Assembly: GCA_002269645.1 (NCBI GenBank)
Contig: NIVC01001592.1
Span: forward strand, 200,088-264,087
Source: Macrostomum lignano
Taxonomy: Eukaryota
Reading direction: 5' to 3'
Length of the DNA stretch: 64,000 bases
Part shown: in pieces, positions 1-14,784 of the stretch
How the letters are laid out: each line of letters begins with the position of its first letter
Numbering within the stretch: position 1 is the first letter of the stretch
The notes under the pieces: model-generated
Database searches by the model: none
What the model was told of the DNA's origin: nothing
Seen by the model: the letters and a program-made list of their open reading frames with translations, nothing else
Program-made: the position numbers and the translations under genes

Positions 1-1893
1 ACATGGTCTCCCATCGTACTGCCACCTCGCACCTCCTGGGACACTCACGCTCCGTGGAAGTCCAGAAAGGCGGACCGCAAGGTGGAGTCCTCAGCCCGAT
101 CCTCTGGAACTTAGTCATGGACGAGCTGCTTTGCAGCCCGCATCCGGACGCTGTTCAGAAGGTCGGCTATGCGGACGATATTACCGCCACTGTGGCTGGA
201 CCATCGCCCGCGGTCCTCAGGGACCTCCTTCAAGCCTTCATCCACCGTGCCGAGCGCTGGGCACATAGCTGCGGTCTCAGGTTCTCTGAGTCTAAAACCG
301 TGGCTATCATGTTCACCAGCCGCCGAAACTGGAGGATCGAACCGCTCTCCCTCTACGGCAAACCTGTTGCCATGGAGAAACAAACTAGATGTCTGGGCGT
401 CACCCTCGACCACAGGTTGAGCTGGACCCCGCACGTCCAAGCTAAAGCCCGCAAAGCTCTCGCGACTCTCGCGCAGATCCGCAGAGCTTTCGGTGCTACC
501 TGGGGCCTCACCCCCCGCCGCCTCTGGTAGATTTACACTGCCATTGTTAGACCGGCCATCTCCTTTGCCGGCTTCATTTGGAACAGTGCCCTAGAGGTGA
601 AAGGGGTTCTTGAGGTTTTAAATAGGGTGCAAGGCCGCGCTTGTCGAGCTATCATGAGCGCGGCTCCCTCAACGCTCTTCGCTGGCATGAACTCCTTCTT
701 GGACATTCCCCCCCTCGACCTCTTTGTTAGAGGGGAGGCTATGAAAACCACCCGTCGTCTGCTTGACGCGGGTGTCCAAATCCAGAAGCAGTTTGCCTTC
801 AGAAAGCGGAACCTCCGGCCGCATGGCGACCTCAGCCTGCGAGACTTGGAAGCAGCGAGAGGCCTGCTGACCCTCTCGGACGGAATCCCGTCCACGCTCT
901 GCCCCCGCTCAAATTCAAAACCAGCATTCCACCACGCCATGAAGCGAGAGACAGCTGGAAACCCCATGAAATCCACTGCTTCACTGACGGGTCCCAAATC
1001 AACTCCGCCTCTGGATACGGCTACTGCATTGTGTCTGGAGGGAGAACTGTGGCGACCTTCTCCCAACACACCGGCACCTGCTCCACCGTCTTCCAGAACG
1101 AAGTTCTCGCCATCAGCTCCTGCGCCATGGAGCTGTACAATCAGCGCGTCTGGGGGAAGGAAATTACCCTCCACTCGGACAGTCAAGCGGCGATTCACGC
1201 GCTTGAGCGCACCACCACCTGCTCGCGTACAGTCCTCGACTGCATCGGGCAGCTCAACCGCTTAGGCGCCTCCAACAAGGTGTCTCTAAGGTGGATCCCC
1301 GGGCATTCGGGCCACCCCGGCAACGAGCTGGCCGATCGCCTGGCCAAGGCTGGCTCGACCGGTTCCTTCACTGGTCCCCTGCCCGTGGCCCCCACCCCAT
1401 CGCCGTTGTCACCACTCGGATCAACCAGTGGGTGGCTTCTAAGCACAGGGAGAGGTGGGCTAACACCCCCGACTGCCGGCAATCCCGCGCGGCTGTCCCC
1501 TGTCCTTCCTCCGCCCTGCGCAAGGCCCTGCTTGGACTCAACCGCAGGGACATCAGGGCGGTTACCATGGCCCTCTCGGGTCATGGCTGCTTTGCCAGGC
1601 ATCGTTACCTCCAGGAGAAAATCCGCAGTGAGGAATGCCCTTTCTGCCTCTCCGGTGTCGAGAATGCGGAGCACTTCATCTGTGAATGCCCCGCCTTTAC
1701 TCAGGACAGGCTCACCTACCTCGGCCCAAACCCGGACCTCTCCGACGTTTTCAGGCCCGAGAATCTCTGCCAGCTCGTCCGCTACCTAAGGGCTACCGGG
1801 CGAGCGACAATCCACCTCCTGGACTCTCCGGAGGGGGACCGCGCTGCGGACGCCGGCGCCACCGGAACTCCCTGCGCGACACCGCAGCACTAG
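1..1893 (+). mobile_element. Non-LTR retrotransposon (LINE) ORF2, copy 1: RT + RNase H + C-terminal Cys/His motif; I-group (LOA/R1/I-like); 5' part lies outside window
   Basis: RT motifs QGGVLSPILWNLVMDELL and YADDI (ORF 3..530). RNase H motifs [38 protein letters not shown]-terminal [12 protein letters not shown]. Broken by TAG at 528-530 and two 1-nt homopolymer deletions. Confidence 0.92.
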
Positions 1894-2509
1894 CTGCCCG
1901 TGGTCACCAGGGTTAGCGAAATGGGCGACAACGCCTCCTCGCTGTTTCCGGACGCACGGAGCCCCCTGCAGCTAAGTCAAAGTAAGACCCCGGGAGGAAC
2001 AGCCCTAAGGAGACGAGCTCTACAGACACGCGCGACAAAGAAGAGGAGCCCGCAACAGTAAGTGATCACTGATTTTGTTCCCAGGCTTAAGTGTCTGGAA
2101 GTGGGAGTTTTCGGGAGACTGATCACCACCCGACCAAACATTGTGTATAGCTTAGTTATAAACAAAATTTCTTAGATTAGTAAAAAATGAAGCATAAAAA
2201 CTATACTGATAAAACAGGTACTTTCAAATATGTATGATATTTTGTAGCTATTGAATCAATAATGACGATAAAATATATAAACTTGCCGGCTTGAGCTTAA
2301 AATCGAGACAAAGAGAAAAATTAGGCAGAGGGTTCACTGGACAGTAAAGTGAAGTGGCTTCTAGAAATTTACTGACGCATCATAAATTTTTCGGAATTTT
2401 AATAATTAAGAGACGATGTTATTCGAATGAGAAAAATACGCGAAAAAAATCTATAAGAGTAAATATTTTCTGAAAAAAGCTAATAAAACCTTTAATCTGT
2501 CCGTCCGTC

Positions 2510-4374
<1,865 letters not shown>

Positions 4375-4990
4375 CTGCCCGTGGTCACCAGGGTTAGCGA
4401 AATGGGCGACAACGCCTCCTCGCTGTTTCCGGACGCACGGAGCCCCCTGCAGCTAAGTCAAAGTAAGACCCCGGGAGGAACAGCCCTAAGGAGACGAGCT
4501 CTACAGACACGCGCGACAAAGAAGAGGAGCCCGCAACAGTAAGTGATCACTGATTTTGTTCCCAGGCTTAAGTGTCTGGAAGTGGGAGTTTTCGGGAGAC
4601 TGATCACCACCCGACCAAACATTGTGTATAGCTTAGTTATAAACAAAATTTCTTAGATTAGTAAAAAATGAAGCATAAAAACTATACTGATAAAACAGGT
4701 ACTTTCAAATATGTATGATATTTTGTAGCTATTGAATCAATAATGACGATAAAATATATAAACTTGCCGGCTTGAGCTTAAAATCGAGACAAAGAGAAAA
4801 ATTAGGCAGAGGGTTCACTGGACAGTAAAGTGAAGTGGCTTCTAGAAATTTACTGACGCATCATAAATTTTTCGGAATTTTAATAATTAAGAGACGATGT
4901 TATTCGAATGAGAAAAATACGCGAAAAAAATCTATAAGAGTAAATATTTTCTGAAAAAAGCTAATAAAACCTTTAATCTGTCCGTCCGTC

Positions 4991-5275
<285 letters not shown>

Positions 5276-5636
5276 TAGTGCCTCTATCTGTCTGAATTTT
5301 GATGCAATTGTCAATTAAAACTCATTGCTTCAATAAAAACGACAAAGTTAATATAGATACCGTCAAAAAAACTCTGATGCTTAAATTTTAAAGTCACAGA
5401 GTCCGTAGCAAAGTTACGCTTGTGTTGCAGGATAAATTTGATTTGCATCGATTGGCACCTTTAGGGATCCTCGAGAACGGAGGGGTCAGTTGGGGCCACG
5501 GAAACCGAGTCGATTGTCTGATGACCCTGACTGACGCCCGTTCGACACGGGATGATGTAATTGTTGGTTCCCCTGAAAGAAGCCCCGAAAGAAGCCGATA
5601 TGTTTAGATCACTTTTGCTGGCAGTCGGTAAACAGA

Positions 5637-5910
5637 TCAAACGAAATTGAGCAATAATGAAACGAAATTGAGCAATGATCAAACGAAATTGAGCAATGAT
5701 CAAACAAATTGAGCAATGATCAAACGAAATTGAGCAAGGATCAAACGAAATTGAGCAATGATCAAACGAAATTGAGCAATGATCAAACGAAATTGAGCAA
5801 TGATCAAACGAAATTGAGCAATGATCAAACGAAATTGAGCAATGATCAAACGAAATTGAGCAATGATCAAACGAAATTAAGCAATGATCAAACAAAATTG
5901 AGCAATGATC
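5637..5910. repeat. 21-bp minisatellite (AAACGAAATTGAGCAATGATC)n
   Basis: About 13 tandem copies visible directly. Confidence 0.95.
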
Positions 5911-6140
5911 GAACGACCTTCAACTTACGCGACAGACTCGTCCGGTAGAATCTCTGGATCTTCATTTTCGTCTACATTGCTTTGGGCCTGAAATTCCGGG
6001 TGGTCGCACAGCTCCGTGTCGATGTCGAAGCCGACTCCGTTCTCTAGCAGTATGCTACAAATAGTGAGTTAATATTACATATAGTTGCAATTTTTTAACT
6101 GCTCAGTTGAGTATGAATTTGAATTATAGGCAAAAAAAAC

Positions 6141-9100
6141 TTACTCAGGTTGCTGGGCGATCGGGTCAATCTGCACTGCTTTCTTCTCCAGCTGTTGCCT
6201 AATCGCATTTGAAGTAAATGCGGCCAGACTTTTCAATGACCTGCCACGAGTGTCCTCTGCTCCCTCCACAAAGTTGCTTTCCAGGAGATACTTCAGCGCT
6301 TCGAGTCTCTGGTAGTACACAGCGATCATTATGGGAGTGGTTCCCCTGCTGTCTGTTGCCTGCAGGTTTGCTTTTCTTTTGTCAAGAATCTTAAGAACTT
6401 CCTTGTGGCCAGCTTTAGCAGCGAGGTGCACTGCAGTGGTGCCATTCTCGTTTGAGGCGTTAGGATCGCAGCGTGCTGTTTCTAGAAGGAAGCTGACTAG
6501 TTGCTGAAGTCCATAGTGGCTCGCATACATCAGTGCTGTGTTGCCCTGGCTGTCAGCGACGTCCATATCTAGGCGCTCATTAAATGCTAGTTGCAGAATT
6601 TTCAATCGCTGCTCCTGGTTTTGTTTCTTTTGCATGCCAAGGATGCAGGCAAGATGGACAATCGACCGATGCCGTTGGTTAATTCTGCGAATGTCGCACT
6701 GGAATTCGAGCAGTAGTTTCAGGCTCTCATAGTTTCCAAGCTGGGCGCAATCTAGCACTGGGGTGTTTCCATCTTTGTTTACTTTGTCCAGCTGGGCGTC
6801 TCCTGCTTTGAGCAGACGGAGCAAGTGAGCATGATTAGCGCGCGCTGCCGCATGAGCTAAGCTGTCATCGTGCTTGGTCAAGACTTCAAGGTTTTCTCGA
6901 GGGAGGAGTTCCTCAACAAGGTGAGAATTCCCAGACGCAAAGGCGTACCACAACGATGTTTTCCCCGTTACAGGGCATTCATAGTAGCTATTTACACCAC
7001 GCTTTTGAAGCCATTCCACCATATGCTGGTGGCCTTCGAGAACAGCAAAGTGCACGATATCTTCCGGAAAGGTACCACCCATCACGAAATTATATAGAAA
7101 CTGAGCGGCTTCCGTGTTTCCATGCAGCACTGCATAGTGAAATGGCGTCAGGTTTCTTTTATTCTTTTGCGACATCACTTCGTAGTTCTCTGCTTCAATG
7201 TGTTGCAGAATTGGTAGATTTCCGTGAATTGCCGCATAGTGGGCGCAGCTGTTGCCATTACTGCATTTTCTTGTATTTTTGAAACCTTTGCTTTCCAGGT
7301 ACTTAAATATAGAGATATTCCCTCTAATTGCAGCCAAATGGAGGGGTGAAATTGTTTCAGCCGGTTCTTCTTGTTCCGGGTCGAAAGGAGATTCCTGTTT
7401 TTCATAGAACCACTGCACAAGTACAAGCTTGTTGCAGCTGACCGCAACATGAAATGGCATGAAGCCCTTGAGGTTTCTTACGTCGGTGCGCAGATCCAAC
7501 TCAAATAGCAGGTCGGCCATATCCAGTCTGTGCATTCTGATGGCTATGTGAAGCGGTGTGTTGCCCAAATCATCCTGATGATCAACTATTATGCGGAGGA
7601 ATTCATACTGCGGTTCATTCTTGCGATTGACTAGACTTCTTAGTAGTTCTGCATCGCCCATCTTCACTGCGAGATGAAGCAAAGTTGTTCCATTATTATT
7701 CCTCGTGCCATCGAATCCTTTGCTAAGCAATTTGTCGAGCTGCTTCAGATCATGCATTCGAAAAATGTTGACAATCAGATTGTCTGTCAGCTTATTGACG
7801 TCAAGGTTATCAAAATCCTGTGAAAAGAGCTCTGAGATCTCTGGATTGTTCAATTCAACAGCAACAGACAATGGCGTCTCGCCACTTTGGTTCTCAAATT
7901 CGATTGAAGCTCCATGCTGTAGCAAGAGTTTAACGACATCGACTTTTTCCCCGCGGATGGCGTAAAAGATGGGTGTCTCGCCTTTAATGTCCGGTTGGTT
8001 AAGCGCAGCACCTGTATTAATTAGAAGCTCAGCCACATGACGGTTGCCAGTTTCGCAGGCTAAATGAAGTCCTGTTTTTCCTTGGTTATCTGCATCATCA
8101 AAAGGCACCCCAGAGCTAATTAGCTTGGGAATTAATTCACACAGGGTGTGCAAACTCGATTCGGTATTCCCAGGTTGATCATGTGAGCTGCAAAGAATAT
8201 GCAACACGTTTCTACCGTCACAGTTTTTCTTATGAACTGTCGCTTTCTGCAAAAGTAAAGCAGAAATTACTCCCAAGTGTAGGTTTCTTGCCGCGCACAT
8301 CAAGGCAGTGTTGCCATCCATGGTTTGGTGATAGACTAAAGGTTTGTTCTCGCCTTCAAATAAAAACGCAACAATCTTCTCGCATCCAACACTGCTGGCG
8401 ACGGTTAAGCAGTTGTCTTTTGACTTTGTTTCACTGCACAATGAGATCCCACAACTTTTTAGCTCTTTTAGCAGTTCAAAGTTGCTGTTCGAACAGGCAA
8501 AATATGCCAGGTTTTGTTCCTGGTCGTTGAATTCTTCCCATAGCCATGCGCCACAGGCCTTTAGTTCATCGAGTGTAGATTTCGAGTTGACCTTAATGCT
8601 AATCATCACTGGGGACATTGCAAAGCTGTCAACAGCGTTTGGGTCCAGCTCCTGCTTGGTAACGAGAAACTTTATCACTTCATCGTTCCTTCCTTCCACT
8701 GCGTAGTGCAATGCTGTTCTTCCGCAAGAATCGAATATGCTGGAATTCGCTCCCTTCTCAACGAGATATTTTAAAACATTTAGATTTTGCTTTCTGGCGG
8801 CTAGCATTAAAGGTGTGACTAACTTTGCATCCCGAACATTCAAATTGGCACCCTTTTCTAGCAAAACGCCAATCAATTCCAGAGATCCGAACTCGCAAGC
8901 GTAGTGAATTGCTGTCCGCCCGATGCGATTTACCGCGTTGGGGTTGGCACCGTGCTTGATTAAATAGCCGGCAATTTTCGGCCTCTCTACTTCGTGTGGA
9001 TCATTTGCAGCCGAGCAGGCTAGAATCAGTGGCGTGTCTCCGTTATTGTCCTCTTGGTCAAACGCGCATCCAAACATCAGAAAAGATTCCAAAACTTTGA

Positions 9101-11075
9101 GGCTGCCACTCAGAGCGGCCATATGAGTGGCATTTCTACCTTTTAAAGTTCGTTTGTTCACATCGGCAACGTCATTTCTATTTGATCTCAGTGTCAAAAC
9201 GAGAGAATCGTTACCATGTGAGCTGATCATAAAAGGCGTGATACCTTTCTTGTCTTTAGTATCAGCTGGCATCTGGCTATTTAACATTGACATCAACAAA
9301 CTTTTACTTTGCTGCTTGCAGGCGTAATGAACCTGACTCTCTTGTTCATCATTTGACGCATGCAGATCGCACCCAGAATCAATCAGAAAAGTTGAGAGAA
9401 TATCGAAATTCCCCTTCATCAGAGACTCCAGTAGTAGTGTGTTTCCTGCATGGTCGATCGTGAGCATATCGGCGCCATTGGCTTTAAGAAATCGCACTAG
9501 CTCAAGCTGTCCGTTACCAACTGCATGTTGAATTGCAGATTTTCCATTCCAGTCGCGCTGATTAATATTCAGAGCTTCAGGGCCACTGACGAGCAGCTTG
9601 AAGATTTCCATGCCGCCCGGTTGTTTCCAATTGTCTATGGCAACCATCAGAGGCGTCACTCCTCGACAATCTGGTACGTCTATAGGAGTCTTTTGCTCCT
9701 GAAGAAACTTGAGCATCGAGAAATTGTTTTCCTTTGCAGCATAGTGAGCAATGGTCATGCCGTACGCATCCTTGCCATGCAGGCTGCAACTGTGTTTAGC
9801 CAAATAGCGTACAATCGAAAGCGACTGGTCACGACCAGCACGCATTATCGGCGTTTCCCCATTTTTATCGGGGATGTCCAGAGCAGCATTGTGATCTCCT
9901 AGTAGCCGCAGAATGTTTTCGTTTTTGCACTTAGTTGCCTGCAACGCAGGAGTGATGTCGTCTTTGTTTCTGGCGCTTCCGTTGCATTGGTTCTTAAGAA
10001 GCAAATAAACTGCCTCGATAGGTCCTTTCTGACAGAGAGCCAACAGCGGAGTATCGCGTGTGTCTGGGTGCGGCTCGTCAACTGGTATTTCTCCCTGAAT
10101 CATCTCCTTTAGGATTTCCTCAACTTGATTATCTTTTGTCTTTGTAGCAGCAATCAGAGCAAGGGAGCCAAGACTCGGATGGCTCGCAGTTGAGCAGTTC
10201 TGCTGATAGAAAAGATAACGAAACATTTCAACCGACCCATTAAGAATTGTCCGTTGAAGAGGAGAATATCCCTCACTATCAATGGCGTACATTTGAGCAC
10301 CTTGACTGACCAAAAGCTTCAGTATTTCCAGCCTGTCATGTTGGACGGCCTCCTGCACGCATTCAGAATGGTGCCGAACATCGCAGCCATTTTTCACAAT
10401 GTAATCAACTTTATCGTAAAGCCCAATCTTGACAGCGCGACACAGAATGCTGCTGCCATCTTCACCGGGTTGATCGAACTTAACTTTAAACAAGCTGAGC
10501 AACTCGACGCTCGAGTTCTCATTGCTGCAGGCCAGCGAAGCAAGTCGTCGCAGATTCCTGTGATTGCATTCACTATCAAGGCAATTGTGCTTGATCATAA
10601 AGTCAACCACAGGCTTTTGGTTGTGATTTACAGCTTTCTCAAGAATCGACATTCTCAGCTGTTCTGGCAACCCTTTTAGGCAACTTGCTTTGCTTTCTAG
10701 CATCTCAGCGATGTCTATGTGCCCTGACATCAGCGCGAAGAATACCGCCGGTTCTCCGTTACCTGTGCGTCTTCTTACATCGACGTCTTTTGAAAATAGT
10801 TGCTTCACCGCATCGATATGACCTCCCTGTGAGGCATACATCAGTGGCGTCATTCCATGCCTATCAGAAAGCTCATAGTTTGCGGATTTATCCAGCAGCT
10901 GCTTGATCATATGGGCTGAGCCTTTCTGAGCAGCAACGTGAAGAGCAGATTGACCATCCTGGTCGGTCGTGTTAACATCAACGCCGCGTAGAAGAGCATC
11001 GACACTTGTGCTATTGTCCTCGGCCACGGAAGAGAAAAATAGGCCCTCTTGTGACGTAGCTTGTGACCCGGCCAT
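6141..11075 (-). CDS. Large intronless ankyrin-repeat protein (1644 aa)
   Basis: Uninterrupted ORF with recurrent ankyrin motifs along its length (GQSALHVAAQKG, GMTPLMYASQGG, GETPIMRA, GRTAIHYACEFG, GKTGLHLACETG, GNTPLHIAIRMH, GTTAVHLAAKAG). AG acceptor 13 nt upstream of the ATG. Confidence 0.9.
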   Translation of the reverse strand: MAGSQATSQEGLFFSSVAEDNSTSVDALLRGVDVNTTDQDGQSALHVAAQKGSAHMIKQLLDKSANYELSDRHGMTPLMYASQGGHIDAVKQLFSKDVDVRRRTGNGEPAVFFALMSGHIDIAEMLESKASCLKGLPEQLRMSILEKAVNHNQKPVVDFMIKHNCLDSECNHRNLRRLASLACSNENSSVELLSLFKVKFDQPGEDGSSILCRAVKIGLYDKVDYIVKNGCDVRHHSECVQEAVQHDRLEILKLLVSQGAQMYAIDSEGYSPLQRTILNGSVEMFRYLFYQQNCSTASHPSLGSLALIAATKTKDNQVEEILKEMIQGEIPVDEPHPDTRDTPLLALCQKGPIEAVYLLLKNQCNGSARNKDDITPALQATKCKNENILRLLGDHNAALDIPDKNGETPIMRAGRDQSLSIVRYLAKHSCSLHGKDAYGMTIAHYAAKENNFSMLKFLQEQKTPIDVPDCRGVTPLMVAIDNWKQPGGMEIFKLLVSGPEALNINQRDWNGKSAIQHAVGNGQLELVRFLKANGADMLTIDHAGNTLLLESLMKGNFDILSTFLIDSGCDLHASNDEQESQVHYACKQQSKSLLMSMLNSQMPADTKDKKGITPFMISSHGNDSLVLTLRSNRNDVADVNKRTLKGRNATHMAALSGSLKVLESFLMFGCAFDQEDNNGDTPLILACSAANDPHEVERPKIAGYLIKHGANPNAVNRIGRTAIHYACEFGSLELIGVLLEKGANLNVRDAKLVTPLMLAARKQNLNVLKYLVEKGANSSIFDSCGRTALHYAVEGRNDEVIKFLVTKQELDPNAVDSFAMSPVMISIKVNSKSTLDELKACGAWLWEEFNDQEQNLAYFACSNSNFELLKELKSCGISLCSETKSKDNCLTVASSVGCEKIVAFLFEGENKPLVYHQTMDGNTALMCAARNLHLGVISALLLQKATVHKKNCDGRNVLHILCSSHDQPGNTESSLHTLCELIPKLISSGVPFDDADNQGKTGLHLACETGNRHVAELLINTGAALNQPDIKGETPIFYAIRGEKVDVVKLLLQHGASIEFENQSGETPLSVAVELNNPEISELFSQDFDNLDVNKLTDNLIVNIFRMHDLKQLDKLLSKGFDGTRNNNGTTLLHLAVKMGDAELLRSLVNRKNEPQYEFLRIIVDHQDDLGNTPLHIAIRMHRLDMADLLFELDLRTDVRNLKGFMPFHVAVSCNKLVLVQWFYEKQESPFDPEQEEPAETISPLHLAAIRGNISIFKYLESKGFKNTRKCSNGNSCAHYAAIHGNLPILQHIEAENYEVMSQKNKRNLTPFHYAVLHGNTEAAQFLYNFVMGGTFPEDIVHFAVLEGHQHMVEWLQKRGVNSYYECPVTGKTSLWYAFASGNSHLVEELLPRENLEVLTKHDDSLAHAAARANHAHLLRLLKAGDAQLDKVNKDGNTPVLDCAQLGNYESLKLLLEFQCDIRRINQRHRSIVHLACILGMQKKQNQEQRLKILQLAFNERLDMDVADSQGNTALMYASHYGLQQLVSFLLETARCDPNASNENGTTAVHLAAKAGHKEVLKILDKRKANLQATDSRGTTPIMIAVYYQRLEALKYLLESNFVEGAEDTRGRSLKSLAAFTSNAIRQQLEKKAVQIDPIAQQPE

Positions 11076-11689
11076 GTTTGCTCGAGATCTGAATGTTTGA
11101 ATTGAAAGTTGATTATAGACTTATTTTCATATTTTCTAACAACTTCGTAAACCTAACCTCAAACCCCACTCCAACTCAAAGTCAAAACTCGTTCCAAAAC
11201 CCTTATCTTCTATCAAATACTCGTATATACTCCTCTCTGAAGTTTTTAAGTTTAGGGAGAATTTGCATAGGCAAGTTTCTACGCCATCTGTTTGCAAGTT
11301 TTTGTAGGAGTAACTTCTTTTTTAGTCGGTCTTATAACTGAATAAAATCTGCAATGAATAAAATCTTTGAATTTTAAGCAATCACGAGCTAGTCTGTGAG
11401 TCAGTTCTGACAGATTTGTTATAAATTCAATATTTGAAGCTATTAGTATTAGAAAAAGTTGTAATTTGATTTTTCCTTGGCCAATTTTAACCGCAAAAGT
11501 TTCATTTTGCGCCCTAAACCAGCAACTCAAAACATGTGTGTTTTCAAAACTTCCGTCAACACAAGCTCATAGCTTTTTGAACAGAATACAATGTCTGTTC
11601 AACTAAACCGAAGTTCTGATTAGCTAAAACGCGCATGTTCGTAAACGTGCAAAAATCAGAAATCCTCTATTTGGATGGACAAGATAAAT

Positions 11690-12140
<451 letters not shown>

Positions 12141-12384
12141 ATAGCGAGAAAGAGCGAGCGAAGCGAGCTCTTTCGAGCTTGCTTGCCGCAGCCAATCAAG
12201 CTCAAAGCACGCACACAAGATCACCGGAAACGATTAAGGCAGCTGGAAAGCCAATGGGCGCGGTAAGCGCTTTTATCCAGAGGAACTACCTGCTGGAACC
12301 AGCTATTCCGAACGAAAATCAGACTACTCAAGTAGTGCAAAAGAGTGCGAGCAACTACCGAGAAATCTAATTTTCGTAACCGCT

Positions 12385-12557
12385 CCAAGCCAGGGAATGG
12401 GGCTTGTTGATACGAGATAAGAAATGCTTCTAGGGCGCTTCACTAGTGGCTACGAATTTGAGCTTAAACACTGCAGTATAGTAAGTCCATATTGATATAG
12501 ATACGAGATATATATAGTCCAGTTGGCGTGAGTCAGCTCCCACAGCAAAACCCACAG
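12385..12557 (+). repeat. 173-bp dispersed repeat, copy A
   Basis: Direct repeat of 24429-24601, 4 substitutions counted by eye. Confidence 0.9.
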
Positions 12558-12579
12558 ATAGATAGATACGCTCGTAGAT

Positions 12580-13647
12580 ACTAGCAATCTACGCCCCCCC
12601 GTTGGGGAGCCAAAGAAATGCAATACACGTTTTTTAATAAGCTACATGTAGCCTTGAAATCTTAAAAATCTCCTGTCAAACTTCTAACCCTAACCCTAAC
12701 CCTAACCAAAACCCTAAATTCAATATTTTGTCCATGAGTTTTTGCATGATGCTTCTATGATTTTTACATGACGCTTCCATTATTTTTGCATGATGCTTCC
12801 ATGATAAACATTTTAATAAGCTACATGAGCTGAGTTATAAGCTACCCTAACCCTAACCCTAACCCGAATCTTAACGCAATAACCCTGAACCTAACCCTAA
12901 ACCTAAACCCTAATACCAACCCTAACACTAACCCTACAGCCTGACAACTGCATTAAATTTGTGAAGCGTTAGTAGTATTTTTAGCTTAGTATCTTAGCGT
13001 TGGGGAGCCAAAAATGCAGTACAAGTTTTGTAATAAACTACATGTAGCATCTCTTTGCAATATATCTCAGAAGTCCCTTGTAAGCCTTGACATGTCAGTA
13101 ATTCCCCCCCACAAGCTTTAACATATCAACTTCCCCCTTGACATCTCAGCGATGCCCCCAATAAGCCTTGAAATCGAAAAAAAATCTGTCAACCTTCTAA
13201 CGTACCCTAACCTTAGCCTAACCCTAACCCTAACCCTAGCCTAACCCTAACCCTAACCTAACCCTAATCCATTGAAATTTCAGTAATTCTGAGTCATTAT
13301 AGCACTACTACAGAATTATAGCGATTCCCTGCAAGCCTCGACATCGTAGGGATTCCCAAATGAATCTCTTAACTTCGACATGGAGCTTCTTTTATTTTTT
13401 ACATTACGCTTTTTCTATCAGCGATCCTTCCCCTGAGGAGCCAACAAATAATGTAATAAAAAGTTTTCAATAAACTACATGTTTAGCTTCCGACTTTAGC
13501 CTTGAAATCTCATTTATACCCCCATGAGCCTTGACATCTCAGCTATTCCCCCCGTAAGCCTTGACATGTCAGCGATGCCCCCCATAAACCTTCTAATCTA
13601 AAAAATCCCCTGTGAACCTTGAAACCCGATAAAATATAACCCTCAAC
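12580..13647 (-). repeat. Degenerate ~400-bp tandem repeat with CCCTAA-like runs and a hairpin-TAGATTGCTAG end (Helitron/Helentron-like non-autonomous element); continues at 23594-23760
   Basis: Units begin G(G/A)GGAGCCAA at ~12604, ~13002, ~13434. The minus strand of 12580-12611 reads GGCTCCCCAACGGGGGGGCGTAGATTGCTAGT. The same repeat type resumes right of the P element. Confidence 0.55.
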
Positions 13648-13931
13648 CAGGGAAGCCTCTTTGTTCGCTTCGCTCACCAGGAAGCGACACTCACATGGCC
13701 CCTCCCCACCTCCTCTACAAGTTTAGTCTCGTTTTGGTAACTTGGGAAGCAAAGAATTTTGTCCTTCGTTTACTGTACACTGAATTACTCATATCTTTTC
13801 TATGTTATGCCTATATCTTCTCGTGCAGGATATCATTTAGGCAGCAAAAAACAACTGACATCAACTCACTCTGAGCAATTCTCTGATTTTCTAAACTCTA
13901 ATTTTTTAATCGAACATTTGCATAATACATC

Positions 13932-14784
13932 ATGGGATACAAGTGCTGTGTTCCAGCTTCTGTTACTAATTTGCCTCGGTATAAGAAGGACCCGACTGTT
14001 TCCATCCACAAGTTTCCTTTTTTCGAGAATCTGGATCTGCTGAACAAGTGGATCGCTACAATTCCTCGACAATGGACTGCGGCCGAGCTGTGTAAGCTGC
14101 GGTCTGACCCAAGTCACAACTATCGGGTTTGCTCTCTGCATTTTCCAGGTAAGTTTTTTGTGACTGTCTCTGCGGATTCCAACCCAAATCGCAAAAGGCC
14201 GGCATCTGACGATCCATCGACTGCTACTGCTAAGCTGAAAAACCGGCGTCTGACAGATGATGCTGTACCGTGCATCTTCCCGAATGTTGTATCCTACTTG
14301 AGCAAGGCCGTCCCGGAAGAGAGGCAAACGGTTTGTACATCGGCTGAGAGCCGTCGAGAGAACGACATTCAGCGTTGCGAGGTAGAAGCAGAGGAGCTTC
14401 TACAAAAGGATGTTATTTCTGACTTCCCCGCTATTGGGTCATACGATCTACCAGATCATCTAAGGTGCTTTTTCAAGGTGATCTCTGAATCGAGTGTAAC
14501 TTTTTTTACAACTAGAATGTCCGGTGCCGGCAACTTGGAGATCGCCACATCGCTGAATGTTGGCCAAGAGCTGCTGTTTGAGGTCACAGTTGGTGGTGAT
14601 AAGCAAGCCTCTTTTGCTGGAGATCTGGTAGCTGATGGCAGTCTTAAAACCTTTGCCCAACTTGAAAACATCCTAGCTAGGCTAAAAAATGTCCGTTTGG
14701 AAGATTGCCGGCATGGTTATGAGGAGCACCTCTTACTAGCTCAGGAGGCAGTCACGAAAGCTATCACCGACTTGTCAGCTAAGA
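13932..14784 (+). CDS. N-terminal part of P-type transposase (THAP zinc-finger domain + linker)
   Basis: MGYKCCVP...IHKFP...KWIATIP...RVCSLHF...AVPCIFP THAP signature. The second expected Zn ligand reads Ser (TCT) in CCVPAS. Confidence 0.88.

Noticed and set aside
1895-1980. HDV-like ribozyme in the LINE 3' region (GCCTCCTCGCTG, GCGAAATGGGC)
   Set aside because: The motifs are in the wrong order, and P1/P3 pairings could not be built by hand; retroelement HDV ribozymes are normally at the 5' end.
5495-5555. Hammerhead ribozyme or tRNA
   Set aside because: GAAAC..GTC..CTGATGA leaves no room for stem I and GAAA is offset from stem II; no cloverleaf forms around the TTCGA loop.
12680-13270. 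Telomeric (CCCTAA)n arrays, also near 63790-64000
   Set aside because: Short, degenerate and embedded in interspersed repeat units; not a chromosome end.
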